From a virus, in the IMG/VR virus record IMGVR_UViG_3300014720_002669: a DNA stretch of 64,000 nt, one strand, 5' to 3'. The notes beneath the pieces were generated by a model, which saw only the letters and a list, made by a program, of their open reading frames with translations, had not been told where the DNA came from and did not search any database. The translations under genes were made by a program, and so were the position numbers. Position 1 is the first letter of the stretch, and every line of letters starts with the position of its first letter. Positions 8,958 through 19,589 of the stretch are shown here, in pieces.

Positions 8958-11207
8958 ATGAATAACCCAGAAATAGAACACATTGTTGAACAAGCAGTAA
9001 AGATTGCTCGAGAGAAAAAACATGAATATGTGTTGACTGAACACCTGTTGTTGGCCATGATTCGTCATCCAGCTCTGCGTCGGACCCTGGACAAGTACGG
9101 AGTAGAGATTACCCGGATGGATCAAGAAGTTGATGCCTATCTCAACGGACTCATGCACCTGGTGAAAGATCACGAAGATCTACAACCAAGAAAAACTCAA
9201 ACCCTGGAACGACTGTTCAATCGAGCCAATGTGCAGGCCATGTTCACTGGACGTAGACAACTGTCTGTGATAGACATTTATCTTTCGATCATGGCTGAAA
9301 CCAACAGTCATGCACACTACTTCTTGTTGAAGTACGGCGTGAAGAAAACAGATTTTGCAGAATTCTATCAGAAAAATTATGCCCAGAATGATGTGCGCAT
9401 GACTGATGTACAGGCCAATGACATCTTGACTGAGTACTGCACCAATCTCACTGAGCAGGCCAAGAATGATCAACTGGAACCCTTAATTGGACGCCAAACA
9501 GAACTGCACGAAATGATCACTGTGATGGCTCGACGCTTCAAAGCCAATGTGCTCATGGTGGGTGATCCTGGTGTGGGCAAGACCTGCATTGTGGATGGAC
9601 TTGCACAGGAAATCATTGCCGGACGTGTGCCCGAGTTTATCAAGAACCACGAAGTATGGGGTTTGGAAATTGGCAGCTTGCTGGCAGGATCCAAGTACCG
9701 CGGTGAGTTTGAAGAAAAGTTCAAGGCTGTGATTGCTGCCTTGGAAACCAAAAAGAAATGTATCCTGTTCATTGACGAAGCACACACCATGAAGGGTGCA
9801 GGATCCGGCTCAAACAGCAGTCTGGACTTTGCCAACATGCTGAAACCTGCAATCACCAAAGGCAACTTGAAAGTGATTGCGTCAACCACCTGGGAAGAAT
9901 ACTACGAGTCATTTGAGAAAGATCGCGCACTCATGCGTAGATTCTATAGACTCAGCATTGACGAGCCCGATACTGATACCACAGAAAAAATTCTAATAGG
10001 ATTGAGTCTTAGACTGGAAAAATTTCACAATGTTGAAATTGACACCGAAGCTATAATGGCCTCTGTGGAACTGGCCAACCGCTACATTCATGACCGTAAG
10101 AATCCTGACAAAGCCATTGACTTGCTGGATGCAAGTTGTGCCCGTGAGCGTGTGAAAGATGAAGGCACTGTTGTGATCACAAAAGAAATGATTCAGGCAC
10201 AAGTGAGTCGTGTGGCAGGTGTGCCTTTGGATCGCTTGCAGAACGAACGATCGGCAAAGATTGTAGATTTGGAAAGCAACATCAAGCAGAAGTTGTATGG
10301 ACAAGATTCGGCAGTGGAGGCTGTGTTGGAACGTGTATACATCAATTTTGCCGGCATTGGCAACGCAAAACGTCCTATCTCAAGTTTCTTGTTTTTGGGC
10401 CCAACTGGTACAGGCAAAACTGAACTGGCCAAACTCTTAAGCGAGCACTTGGAAATGAAACTGTTGCGATACGACATGAGTGAGTATCAGGAAAAGCACA
10501 CAGTCAGTAGTTTGATCGGTGCACCTCCGGGCTACGTGGGCTTTGAAGATGGCAATGTGGGCGGTGGCAAACTGATTTCAGACATCAGCAAAAATCCCTA
10601 TGCCATCATCTTGTTTGATGAAATTGAAAAAGCACATTCAGATGTGACCAACATCCTGTTGCAGATGTTAGACGAAGGACACATTACGTCAGCCAACGGC
10701 AAACGAGTGGATGTGAAAAACTGCATCATTATCATGACCAGTAACTTGGGCGCACAGGCCAATGACGCCAACAACATTGGGTTTGGTAGCTTGGAGAAGT
10801 CAGGCGAAGAAGATCGTGCAATGAAAGACTTCTTCCGCCCAGAACTGCGCAATCGTATTGATCGAATCTGCAAGTTCACCAAATTGGACACACTTGCCAT
10901 CAAGAAAATTGTGTTGAAGTTTGTGGACGAACTCAAAGCCAGTATGACACACAAGAACATTAAATTGTTGTTGAGTGAGCCGGTGATTGACCACTTGGCT
11001 GACAAGGGTTATGACAGCAAAATGGGCGCACGTCCCTTGAGTCGCAAGATTGATGAGCTGATCCGTGTGCCACTCAGCAAGCGGATGCTGTTTGATCGCT
11101 TGGAGAATTGCACAATCACCGCTGTGATGCGGGATGATGCTGTGGAATTTGAAATTGAACAAGACGCTGTGCCTACAATAAATGCCGAAGGAATCATCAT
11201 TGTATAA
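8958..11207 (+). CDS. clpA: ClpA-like AAA+ chaperone
   Basis: Clp N-domain, two Walker A (GDPGVGKT, GPTGTGKT), FIDE/FDEIEK, GYVG pore loop, IGF ClpP-docking motif. Confidence 0.92.
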   Translation: MNNPEIEHIVEQAVKIAREKKHEYVLTEHLLLAMIRHPALRRTLDKYGVEITRMDQEVDAYLNGLMHLVKDHEDLQPRKTQTLERLFNRANVQAMFTGRRQLSVIDIYLSIMAETNSHAHYFLLKYGVKKTDFAEFYQKNYAQNDVRMTDVQANDILTEYCTNLTEQAKNDQLEPLIGRQTELHEMITVMARRFKANVLMVGDPGVGKTCIVDGLAQEIIAGRVPEFIKNHEVWGLEIGSLLAGSKYRGEFEEKFKAVIAALETKKKCILFIDEAHTMKGAGSGSNSSLDFANMLKPAITKGNLKVIASTTWEEYYESFEKDRALMRRFYRLSIDEPDTDTTEKILIGLSLRLEKFHNVEIDTEAIMASVELANRYIHDRKNPDKAIDLLDASCARERVKDEGTVVITKEMIQAQVSRVAGVPLDRLQNERSAKIVDLESNIKQKLYGQDSAVEAVLERVYINFAGIGNAKRPISSFLFLGPTGTGKTELAKLLSEHLEMKLLRYDMSEYQEKHTVSSLIGAPPGYVGFEDGNVGGGKLISDISKNPYAIILFDEIEKAHSDVTNILLQMLDEGHITSANGKRVDVKNCIIIMTSNLGAQANDANNIGFGSLEKSGEEDRAMKDFFRPELRNRIDRICKFTKLDTLAIKKIVLKFVDELKASMTHKNIKLLLSEPVIDHLADKGYDSKMGARPLSRKIDELIRVPLSKRMLFDRLENCTITAVMRDDAVEFEIEQDAVPTINAEGIIIV

Positions 11208-11877
11208 AGTCGAAGTTGACCATCGGAGTAGTCTGTATTACCATCAGTACAAATGGTGCATAACCATCAACATCTCTGAGGCGCCTTGTTTGCGACACTT
11301 GGGGAGTGCTCAATTCGAAAGTGCTATTCGTAATGCCAGGCACTGGGCCGAAAAAGATGTATGGACAGATAGGTCATGGACTGTGACCAAAGAAACTGCC
11401 TTGCGCGAAACTCGTGACGTGCTGGTCACCGAAACTCATTCATTCAAAATAGTGGTCAGTTTCAACACAATCAGCATATACACCAACCATCGTAAGTTGG
11501 CCGATCGACTAGTTCAACTAGGTAATGACGGTGTACACATGCACCTGGTACGACAAGCAGTGTTGACCCGGCCAGCAGGGGTGGTGCAACTGCAGGAATC
11601 ACAATATGCTTACAGAACTTATCTTCGAGAACGCAAGTACACCAGAGATCAAAGAGACATGTTGGCCAATTTTTTACATTCTCGTCAAGATACCTTGCGT
11701 GTGAGCCCAGCATTGGATGAATGGGTAAACGGTGCGTTTGTTGGGTATACACGAAATCTCAGTTATTCGAGATCCTACTATTTTGTGGACCATGATCATC
11801 CCAACGAAGGCACCATGCTGAGTTTGGTGATGCCGGGCATTGTAAGAAAGACCATGCCCATTCAAACGACTAAATAA
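11182..11877 (+). CDS. Hypothetical protein
   Basis: Long ORF in operon context; start uncertain. Confidence 0.6.
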   Translation: MPKESSLYKVEVDHRSSLYYHQYKWCITINISEAPCLRHLGSAQFESAIRNARHWAEKDVWTDRSWTVTKETALRETRDVLVTETHSFKIVVSFNTISIYTNHRKLADRLVQLGNDGVHMHLVRQAVLTRPAGVVQLQESQYAYRTYLRERKYTRDQRDMLANFLHSRQDTLRVSPALDEWVNGAFVGYTRNLSYSRSYYFVDHDHPNEGTMLSLVMPGIVRKTMPIQTTK

Positions 11878-11883
11878 TACACT

Positions 11884-12048
11884 ATGGCTAAAATACACGA
11901 AGAAGTAGTTGTGATCAAACTATCAAAATTGATCCGAGATACCGATGCTGGTGACGAAATTGCCACCGCTGACATCGTTGCTGCCTTGCAAAGTGTGGCA
12001 GAAGAACTTGCTGGTACAGGTGTTGTTGTAGAAGCGGACAAGGCTTAA
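11884..12048 (+). CDS. Small hypothetical protein (54 aa), not in the ORF track
   Basis: MAKIHEEVVVIKLSKL...; after CTAAATA; TAATG-coupled to the next gene. Confidence 0.7.
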   Translation: MAKIHEEVVVIKLSKLIRDTDAGDEIATADIVAALQSVAEELAGTGVVVEADKA

Positions 12049-12410
12049 TGACCACAAAAACCATTCTTGCTACCACTGTTTATGGCGTGCCCTCGGGCAA
12101 CTATGACGGCAGCAGTCAAGACTGGTCAAGTGATCCTGTCACAGCCGCCAATTATTATCGCGGTCGCGGCGGCGTGCAAACCATTACATTTTCAGTTACT
12201 GAATTCGAAGGTGACATGATTTTGGAAGCCTGCTTGGACGATGATCCTGCTGAAGCCAACTGGTTTGACACATACGTCTACGGTGACGGCAGTACCATTC
12301 CGCTAACTGACTATCATCCTGCCACGGTCACCGGCAATTTTACCTGGATGCGAGTGCGTGTTGAAGCATTTTCAGGTGGCACAATCAATTCAGTCACTAT
12401 TACCTACTAG
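12048..12410 (+). CDS. Hypothetical beta-rich, probably virion protein
   Basis: T/G/S-rich, GNFTWMRV; late promoter. Confidence 0.55.
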   Translation: MTTKTILATTVYGVPSGNYDGSSQDWSSDPVTAANYYRGRGGVQTITFSVTEFEGDMILEACLDDDPAEANWFDTYVYGDGSTIPLTDYHPATVTGNFTWMRVRVEAFSGGTINSVTITY

Positions 12411-12418
12411 AGCATCTC

Positions 12419-12853
12419 ATGGACAAAGTAAAAATTGCATTTGACATTGTGTCAACATCGGCTGCATGCCCATTCCACATTGAAATTTGGTTGGATCAAT
12501 CAAAACTGTTGGCACTAGACAATGTGGAAGACTGTGTGCATTTTACCTACGAATTAAGCGACGACGATGGCGAGCACGAGTTAAAGATAGTGCTGCAAGG
12601 CAAATTGCCCGAGCATACCAAAATTGACGAGCAAGGCAATATGATCAGCGATTCTACATTGCAAATATCCAATGTTACCATTGATGAATTAGACATTAAC
12701 AAATTGTTCTTAGAAAAATGCGTGTACACACACAATTTCAATGACAGTCAACCTGACATTAGGGACACATTTCATGGCATTGCAGGCTGCAATGGCACAA
12801 TCAGTTTTGAATTCTCCACACCCGTTTATCTGTGGTTGTTGGAAAACATGTGA
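12419..12853 (+). CDS. Hypothetical protein
   Basis: ORF, ends FSTPVYLWLLENM. Confidence 0.65.
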   Translation: MDKVKIAFDIVSTSAACPFHIEIWLDQSKLLALDNVEDCVHFTYELSDDDGEHELKIVLQGKLPEHTKIDEQGNMISDSTLQISNVTIDELDINKLFLEKCVYTHNFNDSQPDIRDTFHGIAGCNGTISFEFSTPVYLWLLENM

Positions 12854-12869
12854 TTGCTAAATACAGTTT

Positions 12870-13604
12870 ATGACAACTGTAGTAATCATGCCCGGCGGGT
12901 TTCATCCTTTTCATGCAGGGCATGCAGCTTTGTATCAGTCAGCTCGGCGTACATTTCCAGATGCAGATGTATATGTGGCTGCTACCAATGACACATCAAC
13001 AAGACCTTTTCCATTTCAAATAAAAGAAAAACTGGCTCAATTGGCCGGAGTTGACCCAGGTCGATTCATGCAGGTCAAAAGCCCTTTTCAAGCCGCAGAA
13101 ATAACAGCACCTTACGATCCCGCCCGTGATCAATTGATATTTGTAAGATCAGAAAAAGACGCAAACAAACCACCACAGGCCGGTGGCGTCAAAAAGAACG
13201 GCGAACCATCATATCTGCAGCCGTTGTTGAGTGCAAAAAAACTAGAACCATTTGCAAAGCATGCTTACATGGCCTATTTGCCCACTGTGGAATTTGGTCC
13301 AGGCATGACTTCGGCTACGGAAATACGTAACGAATGGCCTACGCTAGATGAACAAGGTAAATTGGATCGTGTGATGAGCCTGTATCCCCGAACACAGATC
13401 AATCCCCGGTTGGCTGCCACAGTGGTCCGAATGTTGGACACTGCCATTGGTACAGAAGTCTCTGAAAATCAAGGCTGGGCTGCCACTTACGAAGCAGTGG
13501 GACTCACTGCTGGCACCGGCGTCACAGGAGGCATGCATGCCTCATATCAAACACAATACAATCAACCCACCACAGAAGACTATGTGGAAGAATACCGGTC
13601 GTAA
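12870..13604 (+). CDS. Cytidyltransferase-like (HxGH) nucleotidyltransferase
   Basis: PGGFHPFHAGH and MTSATEIR motifs; tail after VSE. Confidence 0.8.
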   Translation: MTTVVIMPGGFHPFHAGHAALYQSARRTFPDADVYVAATNDTSTRPFPFQIKEKLAQLAGVDPGRFMQVKSPFQAAEITAPYDPARDQLIFVRSEKDANKPPQAGGVKKNGEPSYLQPLLSAKKLEPFAKHAYMAYLPTVEFGPGMTSATEIRNEWPTLDEQGKLDRVMSLYPRTQINPRLAATVVRMLDTAIGTEVSENQGWAATYEAVGLTAGTGVTGGMHASYQTQYNQPTTEDYVEEYRS

Positions 13605-13663
13605 AAAATACCACACGCTGTTATAATCTTTAAATACTAACATAATTTTTTAACGGAGAACCC

Positions 13664-14605
13664 ATGTCAGACACACCAATTGATCAGCCTCAAGCTGATG
13701 CTACACCTGTCACTGCACCATCCAGCGATCCAGCAACCACCAATCAACAAAATGTGCAAGTCAACATTGACTACTTGCGTACCACTAGAGTACACATTTG
13801 CATGCCCTGCTACGGAGGACAGCTGACTGAAGCTTGTTTTATGAGCTTTGTAAAATGGGCCAACCTGTGCCGTCAGCTGAACATTGACTGGACCGTGGAA
13901 ACCATGACCAACGAGAGTTTGATCAGTCGAGCACGTAACACCTTGACTTCCAAGTTTTTGTACACCAAAGAGTCAACACATTTGATGTTTATTGACGCTG
14001 ACATTGGCTGGGAACCTTGGCATTTGCTGGTGTTGTTGGATGCACAAAAAGACGTGATTGGTGGATTGTATCCCATGAAGAGCCTGCCAGTAAAATGGTG
14101 TGTGAATGGCATTCCTGGACAAGCAGAAGATCCCACTTCCAATCTCATCGAAGTCACAAAAACTGGCACAGGTTTCTTGTTGATCAAACGTGATGTGTTT
14201 GAAAAACTCAATGCACATCCTGCTACCAAGCCTTTCAACAACGACATTGGCTTGCCAGCAGAGCTGAACCCTTTCATGAAAACCTACTTTGACACTGCTG
14301 TGCGTGAAAATCGCTACTATTCAGAAGACTGGACTTTCTGTGAAAACTGGCGTGATATTGGTGGTCAAGTGTTCATTGACAAGCGAATCATGCTGAAACA
14401 CGTGGGCACCTATGTGTTTGACTACAACACACACGAGCAACTGTACAAAGATCTCAAAGTGATGTTTGAACCCCAGACTGCCATCACAGGCGAAGTCAAT
14501 GTGGTGAACAAACCAGCCGAAGCACATGATCTAGCACAGGCACCGGCTCCAGCAGTGGAACCAGAAGTGTTTGCGTCAAGCGAAGAATCAGCTATCGCTC
14601 AGTAA
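13664..14605 (+). CDS. GT-A fold glycosyltransferase-like protein
   Basis: ICMPCYG, SRARN, FIDADIGW (DxD), GTGFLLIKR, SEDWTFC. Confidence 0.8.
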   Translation: MSDTPIDQPQADATPVTAPSSDPATTNQQNVQVNIDYLRTTRVHICMPCYGGQLTEACFMSFVKWANLCRQLNIDWTVETMTNESLISRARNTLTSKFLYTKESTHLMFIDADIGWEPWHLLVLLDAQKDVIGGLYPMKSLPVKWCVNGIPGQAEDPTSNLIEVTKTGTGFLLIKRDVFEKLNAHPATKPFNNDIGLPAELNPFMKTYFDTAVRENRYYSEDWTFCENWRDIGGQVFIDKRIMLKHVGTYVFDYNTHEQLYKDLKVMFEPQTAITGEVNVVNKPAEAHDLAQAPAPAVEPEVFASSEESAIAQ

Positions 14606-14620
14606 CGGTAAATACAGCTT

Positions 14621-17600
14621 ATGAACATTCATGAGCTGGCTACTTACAATCTTGATGATGCTGTAAAGTTTCATCAGCGACTCAATCCTGTACTTTGGGC
14701 AAGAGACGAACATCTCTTGCCTGAAGTGCGCAACAAGTTGTTAAAAATAGCAGCAGACTTCCAAGAATTCCTGGGAGTAGAGGATCTCAAAGTAAAAGAC
14801 ATCACTGTGTCTGGATCCAATGCTGCTTATTCTTACACCAAACAATCCGACATAGATCTACACCTGGTGGTCGAAATGCCCAACGATCCGGTGTATCAAG
14901 AGTTGTTTGCTGCCAAAAAATATCAATACAACACCGAACATGACATCACCATAGGTGGTGCTGACGTTGAACTGTATGTGCAACCAGATGATCAGCCACA
15001 TCACAGTCAAGGCATTTATTCAATCAAGAACTCAGACTGGGTAAAAGTACCACAACGCAAACGCAGTCAAATAGATGACACCTGTGTGTTGGCCAAGGTA
15101 GATGATCTGGCCACCAGAATCAAATCTGCCATTGCCAGCCAGGATAGATCAGTAATGGATTCGTTGTGGAAAAAAATCAAAATCATGCGCCAGAGCGGTT
15201 TGGAAAATCATGGCGAGTTTGGCTGTGAGAATGTTGCATTCAAACTGCTGCGAAACAATGGCAGCATTGGCGCATTGAAGTCAGCTATAACAGCAGCACA
15301 AGATCGTGAACTGAGTTTGCCGCCTAAAAAACGTGTGCGCTATGGATTTTCAGAAGACGTGACTTCCACCCCTGACGGAGTCAGTGCCAGCACCAACATG
15401 TTTTTGAACGAAACACCTGTGAGCAATGTTGTGCAGTCTTTTGTGCAAGATGTAGTGCAACGCCTGGGCATTGAAAACATGCCTGAAGTAGTTTTGCACG
15501 ATGATCCTGACTGGAGCAAACAAAACAACAGCTTTGGTCAATACAATCCTGACACACGAACTTTGCATGTGAGTTTGGTTGATCGCCATCTACTGGACAT
15601 ATTGCGAACAGTGGCACATGAGCTCACTCATTGCCGTCAAAACGAGCTGGATACATTGCCAGATCATGCTGGAGAAACTGGCAGTCGTTGGGAAAATCAA
15701 GCCAATGCTCAAGCAGGCATACTCATGCGTGACTTTGCAGATGCCAATCCTGAGTATTTCAACGAGTCATACACTCAAGCAAAAAGTTTGCAGTCATCCA
15801 TGAAGACCTTTCGTGCCAAAGTACGCATCAAAGATCGATACGGTAGTCCGGCTATTGAAGCACAGGTAGTGGCCAGAAACCATGACATGGCCAGACAAAT
15901 GTTGAGAGCTCAGTACGGTCCTGACAGTGTGATCAGCACAGTGACCGAGCTTAAAGAAAATGCATCGGGCTATATTCCCAAGAACCGACGAGAAGCAGCC
16001 ATGCCTCGGTATGCCATGGCTCTTTCAGTGGATATTAAACCTGGCGAAGTTGGCAGACAAGCCAACAAACTTGCTCTGAAAACTGGACGCAATGGTGAGC
16101 CTGGTTTGCTGCAACCCGATGCACAGAATCTCTTGCGTGAGTTCAGCGAATTTGTGACAGAACAAGATCAGTTGTTTGAAATCACCATGAGTCCTTCAAG
16201 CCTGAAGAAGTTGAGTGCGCAGACTGGTGCCTTGGCCGGCATGGAATTTGAAATGATTGTGCCCGGTACCGGGGATGATGACGGCGATCTAGAACCTGAC
16301 TACGACTTTGATGAACGTTGTCGCAGCATTCAGGATGCCCGTGATTTTTTCTATGACGGTGACTACAACGGTCGTCGAGATATTCAACGCATGAGTGATC
16401 GCATGCAGAATGACTACGCAGAATGGTTGTATGAAAGACTTGACACCGACTTTACCAACAACAGTGAAAATCTCATTAGTGAGTGGATCTCAAACAATGT
16501 GGACGAATCAAAGTGGAATCCTGACGATCTTGAAGGCGAGGCTCGTCAGGAAGCCCTGGCGGAATTTGTCGCCAATGTTGATGCTCGTCCCAGCAGTGAT
16601 TATTATCAACAGGCCCTGGACGAGTATCGTGAAGAAAATCAGGGCAGTTATGACGAAAGCGACTGGTTGGATGCCGAAGATCTAGACCTCATGAGTGGCG
16701 TTGAAAACGCCTACAATATAACCTGGCCACATTGGCGCAGCACAGGTGGCGGTGAAGTCAGCACTGAGGAAGTGGCCGACAGTTTCAGCAACGCAGTGGG
16801 CCGTCCTTGCCGAGCCAGCAGCAGTTATCACTCAAGCCGAGTACCACGACCCAGCAAAACCAATGTGAGTTATATTGTGGAACCTGACAGCAGCCTGGAA
16901 CCAGATGATGCCAATGACTCTGGCCTGGAGTTTGTGAGCCCACCCCTGCCCATTGAAGAACTGCTCAGTGATTTGAACAAAGTTAAAAAGTGGGCTGACA
17001 AGACAGGTTGCTACACCAATGATTCAACTGGCCTGCACATCAATGTGTCAGTACCTGGTTGGTCTGGCGGCTCAGAAGGCCTGGACTATGTGAAACTGGC
17101 AGTGTTGTTAGGTGACGAATATGTGCTGGATGCATTTGGTCGCGCAGGCAACACCTATGCCAAGTCGGCCATGGGCAAGATTCGTTCAATAATCAAACAA
17201 AATCCTGCCAAGGCAGAAGAAATGCTGGAACGCATGAAGTCTGGCATGGATCAACTGGCCAGCCGCGCCATACACTCAGGTGCCACAGAAAAATACACGT
17301 CAATCAACAACAAAAATGGCTACATTGAATTCCGCAGCCCAGGTGGCGACTGGTTGGATGCCAACTTTGATCAAATTGAAAACACCTTGCGACGTTTCAC
17401 AGTGGCTCTAAGTGCTGCTGTTGATCCCCAGGCCTACAGACAAGAGTACCTAAAGAAACTGTATAAACTTCTGGATGTCAAGAGTGAAAAAGATTCCTTG
17501 AGTTATTTTGCACGATATGCCGCAGGCGAATTGCCCCGAGCCGCGCTGAAGAGTTTTGTGCGTCAGGCCCGACTGGAACGTGATATACAACGTGGCAAAA

Positions 17601-19582
17601 CAGGCGAGGAAGAATTCAAATGGGAAGTTGGCAGACCAGGTTATGGTGCTAGTATCATTGTCCGAGCCAAAACCAAAGAACAAGCCATTGACCGAGCCGT
17701 GCAACCAGATGGATACCCCGACTGGGCCAGTGCCAGAAGTCAACTCACAGCCCGGCCCATAGGACCAGTCGACACCGCCCCAGTCAGAGCCACTGCAGGT
17801 GAACCCCAGGCCGTTGGACAACAAGGCAACTGGGGCATTTGGATGACTGGTGAGAATCGTTTCAGCCGAGCACCAGGCCAACCGGACCCTTCTGTATATC
17901 GTAGATTTGCCAGTCGTGAGGCGGCTGAACAATACATTGAACAACAACGTCAAACGTACCCCGGTATGCGTACCGACATTGAAGTGCGTGAGATTGAACC
18001 CAGTGCCGCAGCACAGGCCATGGGACAACAAGGTGCAGCCATGCTGGGCGATCGACCCAGCAACCCCGATGGCAACTATGTGATCACGCCCGAAGGAGAT
18101 CGCACCAGCGTTTACTATCGATTCCAAGCAGTGGACATTGATGATGCCAACACAGTGTTGCGAGCCTGGCGACAGCAGTATCCCAATCAAGTGTGGTTGG
18201 CTCAACGCGACGACAGCAGAACGTTGGGACAACCGCCTGTGCCAGGATCTACCCTGGACCTACAACGTCAACGACTTGCGGCCACACCTGCATATGGTTT
18301 TAGAGATTTATTTTCAACCACCCCAGATCAACAGCAAGGCGGCAGACCTCATGATCCCACAGGACGCTATGCCATTGTGGCACGCAGCGACACAGCAGTG
18401 CATGGACGCACAGGCGGTCCAGCCCCCTACTACTATTTCAGATTCAACATGCAGAATCTTGAAGACCAAGGCCACGGACGATATGTTCTACAGGCCTGGG
18501 CTGCCAGAAATTCAGTGAACACTGATGATTACATGGTGGTTGATACCACTCAATATGCAGATGATGCTGCTCAAGGTGGCACAGTGGATGTGGCCACAGA
18601 CCGACCAGCACAGCGTACAGGCGGTGAGTTTACTGGTGAGTGGCGGGTCCTAGTCAACGGCCAAGAAGTGTATAGATTCAGTGGTGCAGGCAACAGTCAA
18701 GCCGATGCTAACAGAGTTGCCGCTGATTGGTTGCGTCGCAATGGAATGGGGGTGAGTGGCGAAGGCTTTGAAGTGTATCCGGTGATGGCAGAAAGTCTGC
18801 AAGAGGCCAAAGGCAACCGTAGAAAGTTTGCTGATGGCTATTTGGTGTTTAGTGATCATTTGTATGACAGACTACGCGATCACAGCATCAGTCAAGACGC
18901 CGTTGAGCAATTGTTAAGAAAACTGGAAGTGCGCAGATCTATTGATTTAATTCGAATGCCATACATTGACTTTGTAGTCAAAACTCCAGATTTAGCATTG
19001 GCCATTGCTAAAACACGTGACCAAAATGACAACACAGCGTTTGTTGTCAGCACAGTGCGTCAAAATTTGCGCTCAGGACCTGACCAAGATGTAGTTTATT
19101 TAGAAGATATGCCACAGCCCAGTCACGGTCCAGGACAGATCAAAGATCTAAATGAACCCTTGGGGCCAGAGTCACCACCCCAAATGCCCGCGGGCACCAT
19201 CAAAGTAGATGTGTCAGACATGTATGACTGGTATAAATTGGGACAAAAGATATCAGACCTGGACAGCATCCGGCCTGGAGAATTGGGTTCAGGACCACCA
19301 TCAACTGTGTTTGCATTTGGCTCAGAAGACCTAAAGAACATGTACAGTCATGCGCTCACACGACTGGGATTGAAGACACATGATTTGGATGAGCCTGGCG
19401 AAGAGGACATTGACGAAAACTTTGCAGACGGCCGGAATCCACAAGACAAGGGAGATAGTGCTAGGCATGGTATACCAAAGAAGGCCTCATTAGCAAAGTT
19501 AGACAAAATAGGACATGGGTCAGGCCGTAAAGCACAATTAGCCAGATGGCAGGCGAATATGAGACGTGGTCGTGCTAAATAA
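14621..19582 (+). CDS. 1653-aa polyvalent protein: nucleotidyltransferase + HExxH metallopeptidase + amidoligase + small modules
   Basis: GSNAAY..SDIDLH (Pol-beta NTase); VAHELTH..WENQAN; GMEFE, DSS, LEFVSPP, STGLHINV, IEFR (COOH-NH2 ligase). Confidence 0.8.
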   Translation: MNIHELATYNLDDAVKFHQRLNPVLWARDEHLLPEVRNKLLKIAADFQEFLGVEDLKVKDITVSGSNAAYSYTKQSDIDLHLVVEMPNDPVYQELFAAKKYQYNTEHDITIGGADVELYVQPDDQPHHSQGIYSIKNSDWVKVPQRKRSQIDDTCVLAKVDDLATRIKSAIASQDRSVMDSLWKKIKIMRQSGLENHGEFGCENVAFKLLRNNGSIGALKSAITAAQDRELSLPPKKRVRYGFSEDVTSTPDGVSASTNMFLNETPVSNVVQSFVQDVVQRLGIENMPEVVLHDDPDWSKQNNSFGQYNPDTRTLHVSLVDRHLLDILRTVAHELTHCRQNELDTLPDHAGETGSRWENQANAQAGILMRDFADANPEYFNESYTQAKSLQSSMKTFRAKVRIKDRYGSPAIEAQVVARNHDMARQMLRAQYGPDSVISTVTELKENASGYIPKNRREAAMPRYAMALSVDIKPGEVGRQANKLALKTGRNGEPGLLQPDAQNLLREFSEFVTEQDQLFEITMSPSSLKKLSAQTGALAGMEFEMIVPGTGDDDGDLEPDYDFDERCRSIQDARDFFYDGDYNGRRDIQRMSDRMQNDYAEWLYERLDTDFTNNSENLISEWISNNVDESKWNPDDLEGEARQEALAEFVANVDARPSSDYYQQALDEYREENQGSYDESDWLDAEDLDLMSGVENAYNITWPHWRSTGGGEVSTEEVADSFSNAVGRPCRASSSYHSSRVPRPSKTNVSYIVEPDSSLEPDDANDSGLEFVSPPLPIEELLSDLNKVKKWADKTGCYTNDSTGLHINVSVPGWSGGSEGLDYVKLAVLLGDEYVLDAFGRAGNTYAKSAMGKIRSIIKQNPAKAEEMLERMKSGMDQLASRAIHSGATEKYTSINNKNGYIEFRSPGGDWLDANFDQIENTLRRFTVALSAAVDPQAYRQEYLKKLYKLLDVKSEKDSLSYFARYAAGELPRAALKSFVRQARLERDIQRGKTGEEEFKWEVGRPGYGASIIVRAKTKEQAIDRAVQPDGYPDWASARSQLTARPIGPVDTAPVRATAGEPQAVGQQGNWGIWMTGENRFSRAPGQPDPSVYRRFASREAAEQYIEQQRQTYPGMRTDIEVREIEPSAAAQAMGQQGAAMLGDRPSNPDGNYVITPEGDRTSVYYRFQAVDIDDANTVLRAWRQQYPNQVWLAQRDDSRTLGQPPVPGSTLDLQRQRLAATPAYGFRDLFSTTPDQQQGGRPHDPTGRYAIVARSDTAVHGRTGGPAPYYYFRFNMQNLEDQGHGRYVLQAWAARNSVNTDDYMVVDTTQYADDAAQGGTVDVATDRPAQRTGGEFTGEWRVLVNGQEVYRFSGAGNSQADANRVAADWLRRNGMGVSGEGFEVYPVMAESLQEAKGNRRKFADGYLVFSDHLYDRLRDHSISQDAVEQLLRKLEVRRSIDLIRMPYIDFVVKTPDLALAIAKTRDQNDNTAFVVSTVRQNLRSGPDQDVVYLEDMPQPSHGPGQIKDLNEPLGPESPPQMPAGTIKVDVSDMYDWYKLGQKISDLDSIRPGELGSGPPSTVFAFGSEDLKNMYSHALTRLGLKTHDLDEPGEEDIDENFADGRNPQDKGDSARHGIPKKASLAKLDKIGHGSGRKAQLARWQANMRRGRAK

Positions 19583-19589
19583 TGTTATC

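Noticed and set aside
17450-18232. 260-aa minus-strand ORF
   Set aside because: Antisense shadow of the polyvalent gene with no motif or start signal
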